NCBI RefSeq assembly: GCF_018977255.1
Contig: NW_024704742.1
Coordinates: 90,026,001-90,090,000 of the forward strand
Direction: 5' to 3'
DNA from: Callorhinchus milii
Lineage: Eukaryota
Length of the DNA: 64,000 nucleotides
In this document: positions 12,536-25,447 of the stretch, piece after piece
Numbering within the stretch: the stretch's first letter is position 1
Layout: each line of letters opens with the position of its first letter
Made by a program: the position numbers and the translations under genes
The notes under the pieces: model-generated
Seen by the model: the letters and a program-made list of their open reading frames with translations, nothing else
The model's database searches: none
Told to the model about the DNA's origin: nothing

Positions 12536-14094
12536 AAGCATAATCACTGTTGGTTTGCAACAATAGAAATATATTATTGATGCTCTGTTATCAATCTAGA
12601 TCCAATAAGATGTCCCATCTTTGAAAAAATATCTAAACATCTACTGAATTTGTTGTATTGGATGATAACTCATTAAATTAGTGGGATCCAGTGAAATTAT
12701 TGCAAAATGACCAACTTTACAATTAGACATTGTTTATCTTTTAGTAGTCTTGTTACTTTGTACAATGCTTAGTAAAATCCTTAACTACACATATAAAAAT
12801 GTATTGTGAATTAGTGCTTGTAAAGTGGTTCTGGTATTATAGAGAGCTTGTGCTCTGGTGTATTAGGATATTGGTTCACTCTCTTTATTCTCCATGGGGA
12901 TGATTTCCCAATGTTATCCATTTGGAAGACCGAACCTGGACACCTGGCAAGACAACCAAAGCTAATCTCACATCACCTATCAGCAATTTATTGAGAAACA
13001 TTGGTAAAATATGAATGGATAGACACAAAAATAGTCAATATTTCAGAATGGAACCCATTACATTTGATTACTGAGGGATTCAATAGAAGACTAAACAACT
13101 AGATATTACCACATTTCCCCAAATATAATTCAGCAGTAGATGCTATTGGCTTTAAGAGTAGAAAAATGCTCACAACAAATATCTATTAGTAGAAAAGGAC
13201 TTACCTGGGAATGAAATTTTGTAGCAGTGAGCTGCAATAACGTACTATATTATTAATCAGCCTCAAACATAACTATAATTGTATCAACTGGTCAGCGCTT
13301 CTTATTTAAAGCAACTGTGTTGATCGAACCTGTGGTTATAATGTATAGTACAATATTTAATGAAATTACAACATTTATCATATGATGAGAATGGACAACT
13401 GAAAAACAAATGATTTTTTTTTCAATGATTAATTGAAATTTGAGATCTCATTGAATAAAGCTGTACTGTGATACTTCAGACATTCACAAGGTTACATGCG
13501 AGGTTCCAATGAAGAAAGCTGTGCAGCCTATGTGATCTCATCCCACCCGATCATTAATGATGGAAACAATTGTGCTGTGAGCAAATGCAACATATGAGTG
13601 AATAATATTTGTCAAAGCATTTCCCCCAAAGAAACACAACCTTTTCCAAGTGAAAAGATTTTGAAATCTTGAATGGTTATTACTTTGCAATAGTTATTAC
13701 TTTGCAATAGTTATAACATTTCATTCCAGCTTGAGGTCAGATTATTTAAGGCTTTGTTGAATTTCAGAAACTATTATCATGACAAGTGTATGATATTGAA
13801 AGTGTTAAATACTGAAAGTGTTAAATGCTGTAGTTGGGTTAATCCAACACTATAAGATCGTCACTTCCTTGTTCTCTATTTAAATCCCAGAACTCTGTGT
13901 TGCCTGATGACCTTATCAGAAATTGGCTAACATTTGTTTTGAGCCTAAATTGCACTGTTTCTTAATAGATTTTTAATTGTTGAAATTCTAAAACATCAAA
14001 TATTTTGAAGAGCCATTGAACATTCAATGTTGTAGAACCTCAATAATTATATATATCGTTAAAAAAACTGTTAGAGATATATTAATTTCTGATA

Positions 14095-14222
14095 GTGTGT
14101 ATGTGTGTATGTACATATGTGTGTATTTATGTGTGTGTGTATAATTATGTGTGTGTATGTATTGCGTGTGTGTATGTATTGGTGTATATGTGTGATTGGA
14201 AGGGTGGGGGTGTTGTGTGTAT
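14095..14222. repeat. Degenerate (TG)n/(TATG)n microsatellite
   Basis: Direct inspection. Confidence 0.85.
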
Positions 14223-14700
14223 TCTTTATAGCACATTATTCTCAAATCATCAACTCACTTTTAACATCTGAGTCACAAATGTATTTCTGAAACAATTTGC
14301 AATGCTTAATGCACAAACGTTTTTCTTGTCTCAAGTAAATGTGTCTCCGTGAAGTCTTTTATGAAGCTAACACACTTTATGTCAACAGTATCAGATGAGA
14401 TTGTTCTGCTTAGAAAACAGTGAGAGGAACTAATGCAGAAACCAAACCCTGCTGTAACTTCAATTTGTTACAGCAAGAAACAGGAAAGGCTTTGTTGATT
14501 TTGGCTCATTCTCTTATCTCTCACTGTCTCTCTAGATTCAAATGTTTATTTGTACATTTGGTGTCCAACACGATATGAAGCACATCAACCTCACATTGTA
14601 AAGTAATGTGTTAATAGATGAACATTGTGATTTTGTATTGGATGGAAATGTTCAAGAAATGTTGCTTGCTGGTGCACATTAGTGGCTGAGATGCACTGAC

Positions 14701-14839
14701 CTTGCTGGACACGGATCCATATTGCACTCCTGCAGTTTTGGCTTGGGCTTGATGTTTTCAGGGTAATAGTGACAGTACTGGTCTGCCACAACTTGCCTGC
14801 TTCGCAAGTCATAACACTCAGCAGACGTCAACTGGTACC
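14701..14839 (-). CDS. ADAMTSL1: ADAMTSL1 exon 9 equivalent, TSR2: (G)YQLTSAECYDLRSRQVVADQYCHYYPENIKPKPKLQECNMDPCPA
   Basis: gccAG acceptor, GTCAGT donor, 139 nt, phase 1 to 2. Confidence 0.96.
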
Positions 14840-14944
14840 CTGGCACACAGCAAAGGGGAAAGAAACATTTACAACATCAACAGAGCCACAGAAATGAATG
14901 CCACAGTTCCATTACGATCATCCAAGATGGCACTAGGTGTCATC

Positions 14945-15232
14945 CTGGTTCAGTTGGTAGCCCTGTCGTCTGAGTCAGAAGGCATTGCTGACACTCCAAT
15001 GCACAATGCTGGGGGAGTGCTACAGGACTGAAGGAGCAGTCCTTCAGATGGGTCGTTAACCAAGGTCTCATCGACCTGTTCAGGTGGACATCAAAGATCC
15101 AATGGCACCTTTGAAAAGAGTTTCTCCCAGAGTATTGGCCAACTATCTCTCAGCTACAATTGGGTATTCACCTCATGGCTCTCTTTTCGATATTTCTACT
15201 CACAAATTGGCTGCAAGGGTTATTATTATTAT
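14945..15232 (+). mobile_element. Deu-domain SINE, diverged
   Basis: TGGTTCAGTTGGTAGC...CTGAGTCAGAAGG...CCTGTTCAGGTGGACATCAAAGATCC. Confidence 0.75.
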
Positions 15233-16024
15233 AATCCCAATTCGCTGGACTCTATAAAGGCACTGCATGTGTTTGTCCAATTCTTATCAATAAACTGTAC
15301 GTGAATATGTTGCTCCAAATATTTATGTTCTGTTAGTCCAGCACACCTTTGGCGAATCATGCATTTTAGGTGGAGGTTCAGCCAACATAAATTGCAGTAG
15401 AACCTTGTTCATAAGAAAACTGAAGGAGAGCTGTTCATGCACATTGCTGTTTGTGCTCACTGTAGTGACTGAGAATCACAGTGGGCTCGACCCACCATGG
15501 CCCATTGAAAGTTCTTTGGCAGTCCAATGAAATGCTTAAGGATTTTAAACAGACCAATTTGTAATACTATTGAAGATGGCATGACCTTTATGTACTCTTT
15601 ATGTATTCTTGAATGTATTAAGGTGGGCATATAATAAAATGGGTATGCCTAACTGTGTATGTGCTAAAAACGGACCTAATCTAAAATGGACATATACTAA
15701 GATGGATATGAGAGAGAACTTGTAACAGGCATTTAACTTTTAACAGATGAATTGTGGAGCAGGAAGTTTAGCCAATCTTCCCACTCCACACTTTTCTATA
15801 GCCAGGAACATAGAAGCAGAGGAATAAAGAGCACTGGAACTGATCATGGCTGTCTATCAGACTGGTCCCAAAGTAAAATAAAATTCTAAATATAATGAAG
15901 AATCCAACATAAACACAGCATGAGTGACATTGCTATTATCTAACCAGTAACTAATATTAGCATTATATTATATCTATTTTCAAAGAGGAAGAGGAACAAA
16001 AAACAGTTGCATAGTCATGGTTAC

Positions 16025-16136
16025 CTCCACTACAGGTCACAGAGCAAGGAAAGAAATCTGTTTCCCTCCACTGATGGATGATGGGCTGATAAAAGAGATA
16101 TTGCACTGAACTGTCCGCTGTACCTGCATATTGTAT
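16025..16136 (-). CDS. ADAMTSL1: ADAMTSL1 exon 8 equivalent: IQYAGTADSSVQYLFYQPIIHQWRETDFFPCSVTCSG
   Basis: ttttgcAG acceptor, GTAACC donor, 112 nt, phase 0 to 1; start of TSR2. Confidence 0.95.
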
Positions 16137-16189
16137 CTGCAAAAGACAAGCAAAAAGTAATCTTCAGGCAATGCTGTAACCAACGATTT

Positions 16190-16575
16190 CTGTATAACAT
16201 ATACACATGCCATCTACACATGCAAATATTCCTGTGTCTGGATTCGAATATGCACTCTCTCCCCTGAGAGCGAAACCCTGCTCTCCTAAAGCTAGAGAGT
16301 ATTCGGCATAAGTTGGAAAAAGCCAAGGCTTGTGGATCGCAGAATGTTGGGGTTTGGAAGGTTAACAGGAGTCAAGTAGGATGCATTCCTGCCCCAGTCA
16401 CTGGTCTGCTCTACCAAGTGCTGCTGATGAGCCAGGCTGGTTAGCTTATCATCAGCAATGGCCTGGAGCACTGTGGACCTGTCATTCTCAGTAACTGGGA
16501 CCACAGAGACGACCACAGAGGGCTAACTCAATTCCAACATTCTGTTGTCAAGTACATCACCTTGGACTCAACTCC
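16190..16575 (-). repeat. Family X repeat copy, just upstream of the exon 8 acceptor
   Basis: CCCTCTGTGGTCGTCTC...TGCTGATGATAAGCTAACCAGCCTGGCTCATCAGCAG on the minus strand. Confidence 0.8.
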
Positions 16576-16689
16576 AAGAAGGCTCCACTTACCACCACCT
16601 CTCCTTCTCCAGGTTAGTCACCAGTCATTTGACATCTGACGAGCCGAAGGTGGAAAGCAGGTATGGTACCAGGAACTCCCTGGGGAAAT

Positions 16690-16831
16690 TTCTAGATGAG
16701 ATTGTTTTCTCACTGTACATTTTATTCAACAAGAGTCAAAACTCAGCTCTACAGAACAAAACAATCCCTCAGAGTAATTACACTTTAGCTCTTGTGGCAG
16801 CATATAGACGTTTAAAATAGGTGTGCAGCGG
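16690..16831 (+). repeat. 142-bp inverted duplication, left arm (partner 19537-19678)
   Basis: Reverse complement of 19537-19678 with 6 mismatches and no gaps (manual alignment). Confidence 0.95.
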
Positions 16832-17899
16832 CCAACTGTAATGCCCTACCCCTGCCATCTGGTTTCAGCTAACTCAATATAGACATTGAATTGAAGCCAT
16901 ATTCTAATGCTGTACTGGACAATGCCTTTACATACAAGGCAATTGAAGGAGCATTCTTTTGCTTCCTGTCACTTGATGCTTTCATGATATGAGGGGACCT
17001 GGATAGCAAATCATGCGATGGTGTGGGTAAGGGTGTTTGCCATTCAAGATACTGAACTTGAATAGAATATTTGTGGAGGTGAAGTGCAAAAACCTAGATG
17101 GGATTCGGTTTTGAAAAAGTGCATTGCAAATTACTTTTCAAACCATGCCATAATTTGAACTCTTAGATAGAGTTACTGTTGCTCTGAGATAGATATTATT
17201 CTATTACTGCTAATAGTATGCTGACTCAAAGCGTATCTGAATAGTCGGCAGAATTTTGGGAAAGTCACTAATTCATTTAAGCTTCTGGAACACAAGTGAA
17301 GTCTCCTGTTACTTTTCTTAAGTGGCTTGCAAGTGTACATTTTTTTGACATGATGGGCAACTTCCTAAACCTCTCTGAGGAATGCCCTTTTAAAATACAG
17401 ACTTTATATAACCCTTTCCTCCCTGAGCAAATCAAAACTTCCCAATGGTTGCAAGATTGAATACTGAGGCCCGTCCTTCAAAAGTATGCATTGTTACCCC
17501 ACTGCTCTGGCTTCATTCCCACTTCTGTCACCATACCTACAAAAAGCATCACTGGAAGCCATTTGTAGAACACTATTTCTCATTAAAATAGGTGTAACTA
17601 TACATAGGGGGCAAATACACGTCACCATGCTTGTCAATCAGACTCCGAGTCTAAACTCAATCTAATTGGCAACATTGCTGCAGAAATGTTTGGAACCTTA
17701 CTGGCCGTAATACTCAAAATATGTAATTTCTATCAGGGAGGAGGGCTGCAGGTGATTACAAATATAGGGTGAGACAAGGCTATCGAGTCATTGTATGTCA
17801 GAACACTAGTGATGTTGGGAGTCAAAGCCTGAAGCAAAAAGGTTGAGTTAAGAAAGTAAAGAAGAAATTTGCATTTTTATAGCATATCAAGGGTGTCAA

Positions 17900-18222
17900 C
17901 TGGGCTCAAAGGTTAGCACTCTCATGTTTGGGTCGGAAGGTTGTGGGTTTAAGCCCCATGTGGGAATTGACCTCGTAGTCGAGGCTAACACTCCAGTGTA
18001 GTATTGGGGAAGCACTGTATGTTGGAAGGACTTTAAAAATTCAATGAGACTATTTGAAAATTCTTTTCTTGAAAAACAGAATTTCTCCTAGTATCCTGGC
18101 CGGCAGACCTCCAGGTAACTTGGCAGTTGTTTGTGGGATGTCGTGTCTGCCTACAAATACACAGTCACTAGATTTTGAGACATTTTTTTGTCATAAGCGC
18201 TATACAAGTACAAGGATTATTA
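17900..18222 (+). mobile_element. Deu-domain SINE, diverged
   Basis: GGCTCAAAGGTTAGCACTCTC...GAAGGTTGTGGGTT...GGCTAACACTCCAGTG...CCTGGCC...tail GGATTATT. Confidence 0.75.
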
Positions 18223-18449
18223 CAAATAGATAGCTAATTACTAATAAGTAGCATTACAAAATTTGTTATTGAGTAAACAGCAAATAATAATAATTATTGC
18301 ATTTGATATAACACCTAATCACACTGTTGAGCGGTATCAAAGCACTTCAAGAGATTTTACTGTGCCTGTGTAATTGAAGGCAAACAGTGGCAAGAATAAG
18401 GAAAAAGATAGCAATGAAAGGAATTGGGACTGAACAAACAAATTCACTC

Positions 18450-18790
18450 AGAAATGTCGGATGGATTTTAATGTGGATGAAGTTACAGTAATGCACATTG
18501 GAACAGGAAACAAGAAACATTTGGATATGATGAAGAGACGTCCTTTAGCAAAGTTGAAAATGGATTTTAGCAGACTCATTTATCACTCGCTGAAAGGTTC
18601 CAGTCAATGCAAACCTGCTATCAATAATGTCTAACAACATATTGGATGCACCTCAAGGGTATTTGATTATAAGTTGAAACAAGAATCCTAACCTTGTGTG
18701 GACTTTATTGATTTGGAAAACTGTGTGAGATTTTGGCAATTCTACCTTCAAAAGGACAGTGATGTATTAGAGAAGAGCAAAGAACAAAAA
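18450..18790 (+). mobile_element. Degenerate CR1 ORF2 fragment
   Basis: ATGGATTTTAATGTGGAT...GTAATGCACATTGGA (MxFNV...VMHIG) and TTGGAAAACTGTGTGAGATTTTGG (LExCVxFW). Confidence 0.65.
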
Positions 18791-19409
18791 CGATGAATCC
18801 AGGGAGACAGGAATTTCCCCCCACACACTCCGGCATTCTGGATGGATGACTGACTAAGTGATGCCTTTACAATTTGTTGACATCAAAGCCAAGAGAAATG
18901 CATGTGTTTTTGTGAATTTGCTGGGTGGTGCAATAATAAAGGTCAATCAGGAAAATGCGGATTCAAAACACTGTGGCTTTTACCAACTAATATAACATGA
19001 AAAAGTTTTTGTTTTCAAGGTGACTGGGGTTTGCTTTGTGGTTTGTTAGATAATAAAAATAACAACCAATAAAAATATAGTGCCTTACAGGTCAAATAAA
19101 CAAAATGCTTACAAAATATTATAATAATAATGCTTGCGTTCCACTGCATGCCAGGATGATACTTATAATTGATTTATAACATTAACCAATACTGGTTAAT
19201 ATTATAAATCATATTAAAACAACAACAAATTGCACTTATATAGCACCCTCCACACAGGGTAGCACCTCACACTGTAATAATCTAAGTGATTTGAAATGAA
19301 AGTGACTATTGTTTTAAAGTTATAAAGATAAAATTAATGGACTGACTAAAATCTAGCCAAATTATTCATCTAATTACTGTGTGGACATCACTGGTACAGA
19401 TTATTACAG

Positions 19410-19535
19410 GCAGTTTTTCACGCAAAAGGTAATGGAAATCGGAAACTCTCACCCCCAAAAGGCTGTGGATGCTGGATCCCTCAAGGGATATGGGGCAAGG
19501 GTGGGTAATTCGAATTGAGGTACTTGTCAGCCATA
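19410..19535 (+). mobile_element. CR1 3' fragment truncated at the inverted-duplication arm
   Basis: ...AAACTCTCACCCCCAAAAGGCTGTGGATGCTGG...AAGGGATATGGGGC...TCAGCCAT. Confidence 0.7.
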
Positions 19536-19536
19536 T

Positions 19537-19678
19537 CCGCTGCACACCTATTTTAAATGTCTAGATGCTGCCAAAAGAGCTGAAGTATAATTACTCTGAG
19601 TGATTGTTTTGTTCTGTAGAGCTGAGTTTTGACTCTTGTTGAATAAAATGTACAGTGAGAAAACAATCTCATCTAGAA
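19537..19678 (-). repeat. 142-bp inverted duplication, right arm
   Basis: See 16690-16831. Confidence 0.95.
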
Positions 19679-20199
19679 GACAGACTTTAAATAAACCCCT
19701 AGCTTACTGGATTCCACGTATCTAGAATCCATCGATCCCCCTTCGATCCAGCTGGTTGGGGTTTCAGTGTATATTGAATTTTAGGCACCGGGTAGAGGAG
19801 GTCACTCTGCAGAGGACTGAGCTGGTCCCAATAAGTGCCCCCAAAGAAGGCGACTTACTGAGCTCTAACATACCCAAGAATCTTTAAGCAAAGGCAGGCT
19901 CACTATAAATCACAGTACAGTTCATCCAAGGAGGAATCAGGCTCCAAGCACACCCACTCTAAACAAGTCAGGCTCTACAATTCCAGTGAATGCCTGCGGA
20001 ATAGCAACAATCTGCACTGGAGGCAAGATGGCTTGTGCCCTCCCAATGGTAAAGCCTTGCTGCCTTGCAGAATGTCCATACAGCCTGAGTAGGGGTCCTC
20101 AGTCTAGATGACTTATGTCATGGGGGAGCCTTGAGCCCAGAAAGTTTGTGAACCCTTGGACTAGATGGACCGATCACCAACGGCTAACTGAAATTGGGG

Positions 20200-20322
20200 A
20201 GGACAAGTTTGCAGGGCTATGGGGAGAGAGTGCGAGAGGGGATTGATTTGGATAGCTTTTTTAAAAGAGCTGGCACAGACACGATGGGCCTTCTTTGCTG
20301 TATAAATCTATGATTCTATGAA
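20200..20322 (+). mobile_element. CR1 3' tail
   Basis: TTTGCAGGGCTATGGGGAGAG...GGCACAGACACGATGGGCC...TCTATGATTCTATGA. Confidence 0.8.
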
Positions 20323-20467
20323 TTGTCACTGTTACTAGATATGAATCCAAAAGAAAGTAAAATGTCCAAAAGACACAACATTTAAGAATAAAATATTTAA
20401 GTTAATGCTTAATCTGTGGTCAAAGTGGCTCCCATATTTGAAACTATCGCTTGAATGAAAGTGTTAC

Positions 20468-20625
20468 CTTAACAGTAAAATCTGCACCAAGAGGGCCATT
20501 TGTTCTCAGTATCTCTTTCTCTGGAAGTTTCTGATACTCCAGACTGGTGTTTTCAATGTTTAAGGCTCCAGGAACACTGAGGTCATTTTCTCCCTTCTGA
20601 CCAAGCAGGGTCTTAGTTTCCAAAT
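20468..20625 (-). CDS. ADAMTSL1: ADAMTSL1 exon 7 equivalent, spacer: (Y)LETKTLLGQKGENDLSVPGALNIENTSLEYQKLPEKEILRTNGPLGADFTVK
   Basis: ttttcAG acceptor, GTAACA donor, 158 nt, phase 1 to 0. Confidence 0.95.
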
Positions 20626-21787
20626 CTGAAAATACAATAAAGATGCAGTGAACTTTCAATCACCACTTTTGTACAGCAGAGAAATTCAAAGTAATACTGA
20701 AAATGCAGCCATTTACTGATTCAAAAAAATAACTTTTCACAGTACAATATCATGAACTTATAAAGTATTTCCTGAACCTGTACTTGGGGTAGACAGTAAC
20801 TGTAAGACTGTTGATCAGTTATTGTACAGTTAACATCTTATTGCTATAGATCAGTAACTTTACTGCTGCCACCAGGCTTGTCAAACAGTTTCAGGCCTTG
20901 GAGGCCAGATGAGTAGATAAGCATGAACCATGGGGTTGGTTAAACTGGTTTCCTTGAAATTGGTGGCATCACTTCCAACAAAATGGTCACCACCAATGCT
21001 TCTCCCTGTGAAAATGGCCATCTCTGATTTCACCTCCTGTGTGAGCAGGAAAACCCACAAACAGTTTTGTAGTTCACGGGACCCCATGTTATAAGCAACT
21101 CACGCACAATTATAACAGGGTCGTGCTGTATTTAGAAGTTGAAGGACTAGGCAGTGATATCTCTTTGATGCTGTGTGAGTACAATGTCAGGTTACATTGC
21201 CTGTGGTGAGTTCACCTTCAGGAGTGAGTTCCTTTGTTTCTGTGTCAATGTAGACTGGAAGGAAGACCGTGATTTTCACCAATGAGAACAGTTTCTCACA
21301 CAAGCACAAACTCAAACACGATGCCACATTGCAGAAAAGATGCAAACTTTGGCAAACCAATGGCAGAGATTTTTTTTTAGCTCTGTATTACAATGTAGTT
21401 CTATTAATTCCATTAAGTGAGCTAGTAGATTGTCCACCTCCATGGTAAAGGGAAACCCAGGCAAAGGGAATTCTATTTTCTGCGCTTCAAAATCTCAGAA
21501 ACATCTGGAGAACTCAATTCAGATATAGTAGATGTATGCAGAATGTTGGTTGCCATTTGGAAGAAAGCCAGGAAATTTGCTGGCAAAAGTAGTGGAATTG
21601 TACGAAGTTGATTTTTTGCAGTCGTCTGTCCCACAAATGAAGTTTCAAGTCAAATGCACGAGCATTGTCATACAGCTGTGAAACAAGTTCATTTTACTTT
21701 TGAAGACATGTTCAGTCCATTTTAGTGCATGGTCAAGGCCACCTGAATTGCCATATTGTAGAACCAATTTTCATCTGTCAATTTGGC

Positions 21788-22028
21788 TACATTGTAACTC
21801 TAGATCAGTTACTGTACAGTTTACACTGTAATACTGAAGATCAAGCACTGCATGGTTTCACTAACACTGTAGATCAGTTAATGTACAATTTACACTGCAA
21901 CACTGAAGATCACGGTTTACACTGTGTCAATCAGTGACTTTGGAGGTTACACTGTAACACTGTACATCAGTTACTATACAGTTTACACTGTGACATTGTG
22001 TATCAAGTTAATTTGCATTTTACACTGG
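21788..22028. repeat. Degenerate minisatellite (units such as ACACTGTAGATCAGTTACTGTACAGTTT)
   Basis: Repeated ACACTG, GATCAGTTA and CAGTTTACACTG; a related short array at ~20795-20865. Confidence 0.8.
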
Positions 22029-22049
22029 CAGATAGAATCAGACACATCA

Positions 22050-22597
22050 AATTACTTAAGAGTATCCAAGCCAAGCATCCCACCTACACATAAAAATTCC
22101 AGAGATAGATTGTTGGAATGGAAAGTGCACTCTCTATCTGGAAGGCCACAGATGTTGGTTGGTAAGCCCACAGTGTGTGTTGGGGTACTGTTGGAGTCTA
22201 ACCAACTAAAATAATAATAATAATAATAAGCCTTGCATTTGATATAATGGCTTATCATGTCTTTGAGACGCCTCAAAGCGCTTCACAGAAAAATCATGTT
22301 GCTTGCCTTTGAAAGCACTGTCTGGCAAGCTTGTCTAGCTAGGAGCACTCTACCCATTAGGGCTTTTGCTTGCAGGGTTAACAGAAGTCAAATGGGAAGA
22401 ATCCTTGTCCCCAGTGACTGGTCTGCCGTTCCAATTTCTGCCGATGAGCCAGCCTATCTGTGCTGTCATCAGCAGTGCGCTGGAGTACTGCAGACCCGCC
22501 TGGCTTAGGAACTAGACTACCAAGACCACCACAGAGAGCTGGCTCAATTCTGACATTCCAGTGCCAAACATGTCACCTTGGAGCCAGTTCAGTTCCA
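22050..22597 (-). repeat. Family X repeat copy interrupted by a SINE 3' tail (22212-22288)
   Basis: Collinear with 31925-32478 and 49640-50180 on both sides of the inserted tail. Confidence 0.85.
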
Positions 22598-22880
22598 AGT
22601 CAATCAACCCAAATCTACCACTGTCACACACGTCAACATTAAAATACAGAAAGAATCATTCTGCTCTCACAACCAGCAGCAAATGGGATCATAAAAAAGA
22701 GAGGCCGATGTATGTTTCAGCAGATGTTACATATAGATATCACAGGCTTCACTTCAACTTGCAGATTGTTTCTGATTATTGGTAAATGTTTTCCATTACA
22801 TCATTAAGGATGATCTCAAAAATATGGCAACAAACAGAAGAGTTAAAGAGTTTCATTCCTAAAAATCTGTGTCTACTTAC

Positions 22881-22955
22881 ACAGATGGTCCGGGCCTTTG
22901 AGCACAATCCTGATGTGCCGACTTCCATATGGAATAGCAATGACAGTGTCATCCA
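22881..22955 (-). CDS. ADAMTSL1: ADAMTSL1 exon 6 equivalent, spacer: (L)DDTVIAIPYGSRHIRIVLKGPDHL
   Basis: tttcccAG acceptor, GTAAGT donor, 75 nt, phase 1-1. Confidence 0.95.
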
Positions 22956-24174
22956 CTGGGAAAGAAATATTAAGAATTAGACTTTTTCTGGAAAATCAAT
23001 CTTAGCGAAGTGCAGGTAGTGTGACTTCATGATTCTGCTTCGAACATGTTATTGGATTCAATTACAGGGTAAAATTTGTGACATTTCTAAGAAGCAATGT
23101 GATAAAAACAGATTTGCACAGTTCCATCTTTTCCTGAACAATGACCGTGGAACTGAACATTGCCTCTTCTCTTCAGTCTGACTCGCAACTGTGATTTAAT
23201 TCAGCTCCATCTTACCAGACATCTCACCACTAGCCTGGCTTCAATGTTAATTCTGAAACAGTATTTGTTCACTGTTACATAGGACAATGTCTGGTATAGT
23301 TCAGTGGCCTGTTTTTTTGTTTTGTTTTTTAACTCGCCTCAAATGCCAATATCCACAATTGGGGGCAGTGTCGGAGCAGAAACATTCTATTGACAACCAA
23401 TACAGTGTGACAATCGAATGGGTTATGAAATATTGTGAATGTAACCCCATTATAATAATGATATAGCTCCTTATCATGTCTTTGAGACATCTCAAAGTGC
23501 TTCACAGGATGTACTGTAAAGTGTAGTGACTGTGTATTTTGTGGGCGAAACGCGGCAGCCAATTGCACGCAGCAGTGTCCCACAAACAGTCGTGGATTGA
23601 GTGACCAATTTATGATTATTATTTTTGAAGGGATTATTACCCCCAGAAAAGCTATCTGCCAATTGACTAACAAGCGGGTTCCTGCTTACTGTTTGTATAT
23701 TCTGCGATCCAGTCTAATCAATTCATCCTCTCCCTCTTTTCTCCCTTGCTTCAGCGTTTTGATTCAATCTTCAATTCCAGCCTGTATCTGTCTTAAAACT
23801 TTTCCCAGACACAAGCTCCCATTTGTGCCAGCAATAGGAAGACAATTACGCAAAGATGTCTGGCAGACTCCAGCCTTTTAATTAGGCAACTTTCCACTTT
23901 ACTGCGTCTCCTGTTTTTTTGTGAGGGAGGGGGAGAAAGAGGGGGAGATCGAGGGGGTTGTGCTCTCTCTGCCTATGTTAACCTCTTACTGTTTTATGGA
24001 CTTTCTATTAGGCACCTACAAATGTTTGCATATGTTGTGCCTTTATTTCCAGGCCTTATAAACAAGCTGTGCTTGTTCACCTAACCACATCACAGATTGG
24101 ACTCTTTTGACATGCACTTACAATAGGAATATTTGGGACAGAGACTTCAACACACTTTCATTCCTCCTCAGCCA

Positions 24175-24486
24175 GGAGTCCTGTAGCTTAGTGGTGAGAG
24201 CACTCGCCTCGCAAACAAGAAGACCTGGGTTCAAATCCCAGGCAGGGCAAAAGCAGTAAATTGGAACCCGGTTATTAGTCGATTGGCGGATATCAAAAAA
24301 ATAAATTAATAATAATTTGGTCACTCAATCCAGGACTGTTTGTGGGACACTGGTGTGTGCAATTGGCTGCCGCATTTCACCCACAAAATATACAGTCATT
24401 TCACTTTACAGTATATTCTGTGATGCGCTTTGAGGCGTCTAAACAACGTGATAAGGTACTATATCAAAGGCCAGGATTATTATTAT
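24175..24486 (+). mobile_element. tRNA-headed SINE, long subtype with an internal deletion
   Basis: GGAGTCCTGTAGCTTAGTGG...GGTTCAAATCCCAGGCAGGGC...GGAACCCGG...tail GGATTATTATTAT. Confidence 0.9.
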
Positions 24487-25164
24487 AAGGAGCAGAAGCT
24501 AGTAAAAACAACACAGCGGCACACTATTATTACTGCCTGACATCAGCTCAGCCATGATTAAAATCTCACTTACTCAAAGTCAATCCTGGTTAGATGTGGC
24601 CTCTTGGCTGTGGGATTTGGGATAAGTGCCTTCTTCAATAGCCTTCAGCAAGGCCTTAACAAGGTAAATGGATGCAATTTCATCAATTGCCCTAATTTTT
24701 TTTTACAGGAGGTGGAATATTGAGCTGCTGGTATAATTGCTGGAATTCCATGCCTATTTAACTGCAGTTATACAGAGCTTTCTGAAAACGGAACCTGTCT
24801 TAAAAACTCAGAGGCTATGAATGAGGTGCAGAGTTTTATGGAGAGTTCCAGAGAACAGGTGCAAAGAAGCTGAAAGCTCACCCACCAAAGCAGGCCTGAG
24901 TTGGTGGAGCAGAGAGAGTCAATGGGACCACAGGAGATCACAAAGAAAGAGTTAAATGAGCATGCAAAGGGAGGAATTTGGATAATAACAATAATCCTTG
25001 CATTTGGTACAGTGCTTTTCACGTTGGGAGGACGTGAGGGTTAGGGTTAAGGTTAATATCATTGGAGGACATCGCAAAGCTTCTCAGAGGATAAACTGAA
25101 AAGTGAAATGACAGTGTGTTTTGTTGAGATCTTAGCAACTTGGGGTGGGGGGGAGGTAAGCGAG

Positions 25165-25447
25165 GTCTCCTTGGAACTAAACTGGCTGACAGCACGGCCA
25201 GTCTGGCTCATCGGTAGGAGCTGGTTTGACTCCAACAGTACCCCAATGCATACTCAAGCCTTGGCTCTTGACAACCTGGGCCTAATACTTTCCGGAATTA
25301 GGTAAACAGGATGCGTCCCTCATTCCAACTATTTATATCTGGGATTTCCATGTGTAGGTGGGAAGCATGGAAATCTCAACTTGGTTTGGATTTTCTTAAG
25401 CATAGTGATGGGTTTCCACATGTGTCGTTACATGTGGCCGACCAAAT
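25165..25447 (+). repeat. Family X repeat, internally deleted copy keeping both ends
   Basis: Starts CCTTGGAACTAAACTGGCT, ends GTGTCGTTACATGTGGCCGACCAAA. Confidence 0.8.

Noticed and set aside
14024..14290. His/Thr-rich and Val/Cys-rich ORFs
   Set aside because: Translations of a TG/CA microsatellite
21788..22028. CRISPR-like repeat-spacer array
   Set aside because: Eukaryotic intron; units are degenerate and contiguous, with no unique spacers or cas genes
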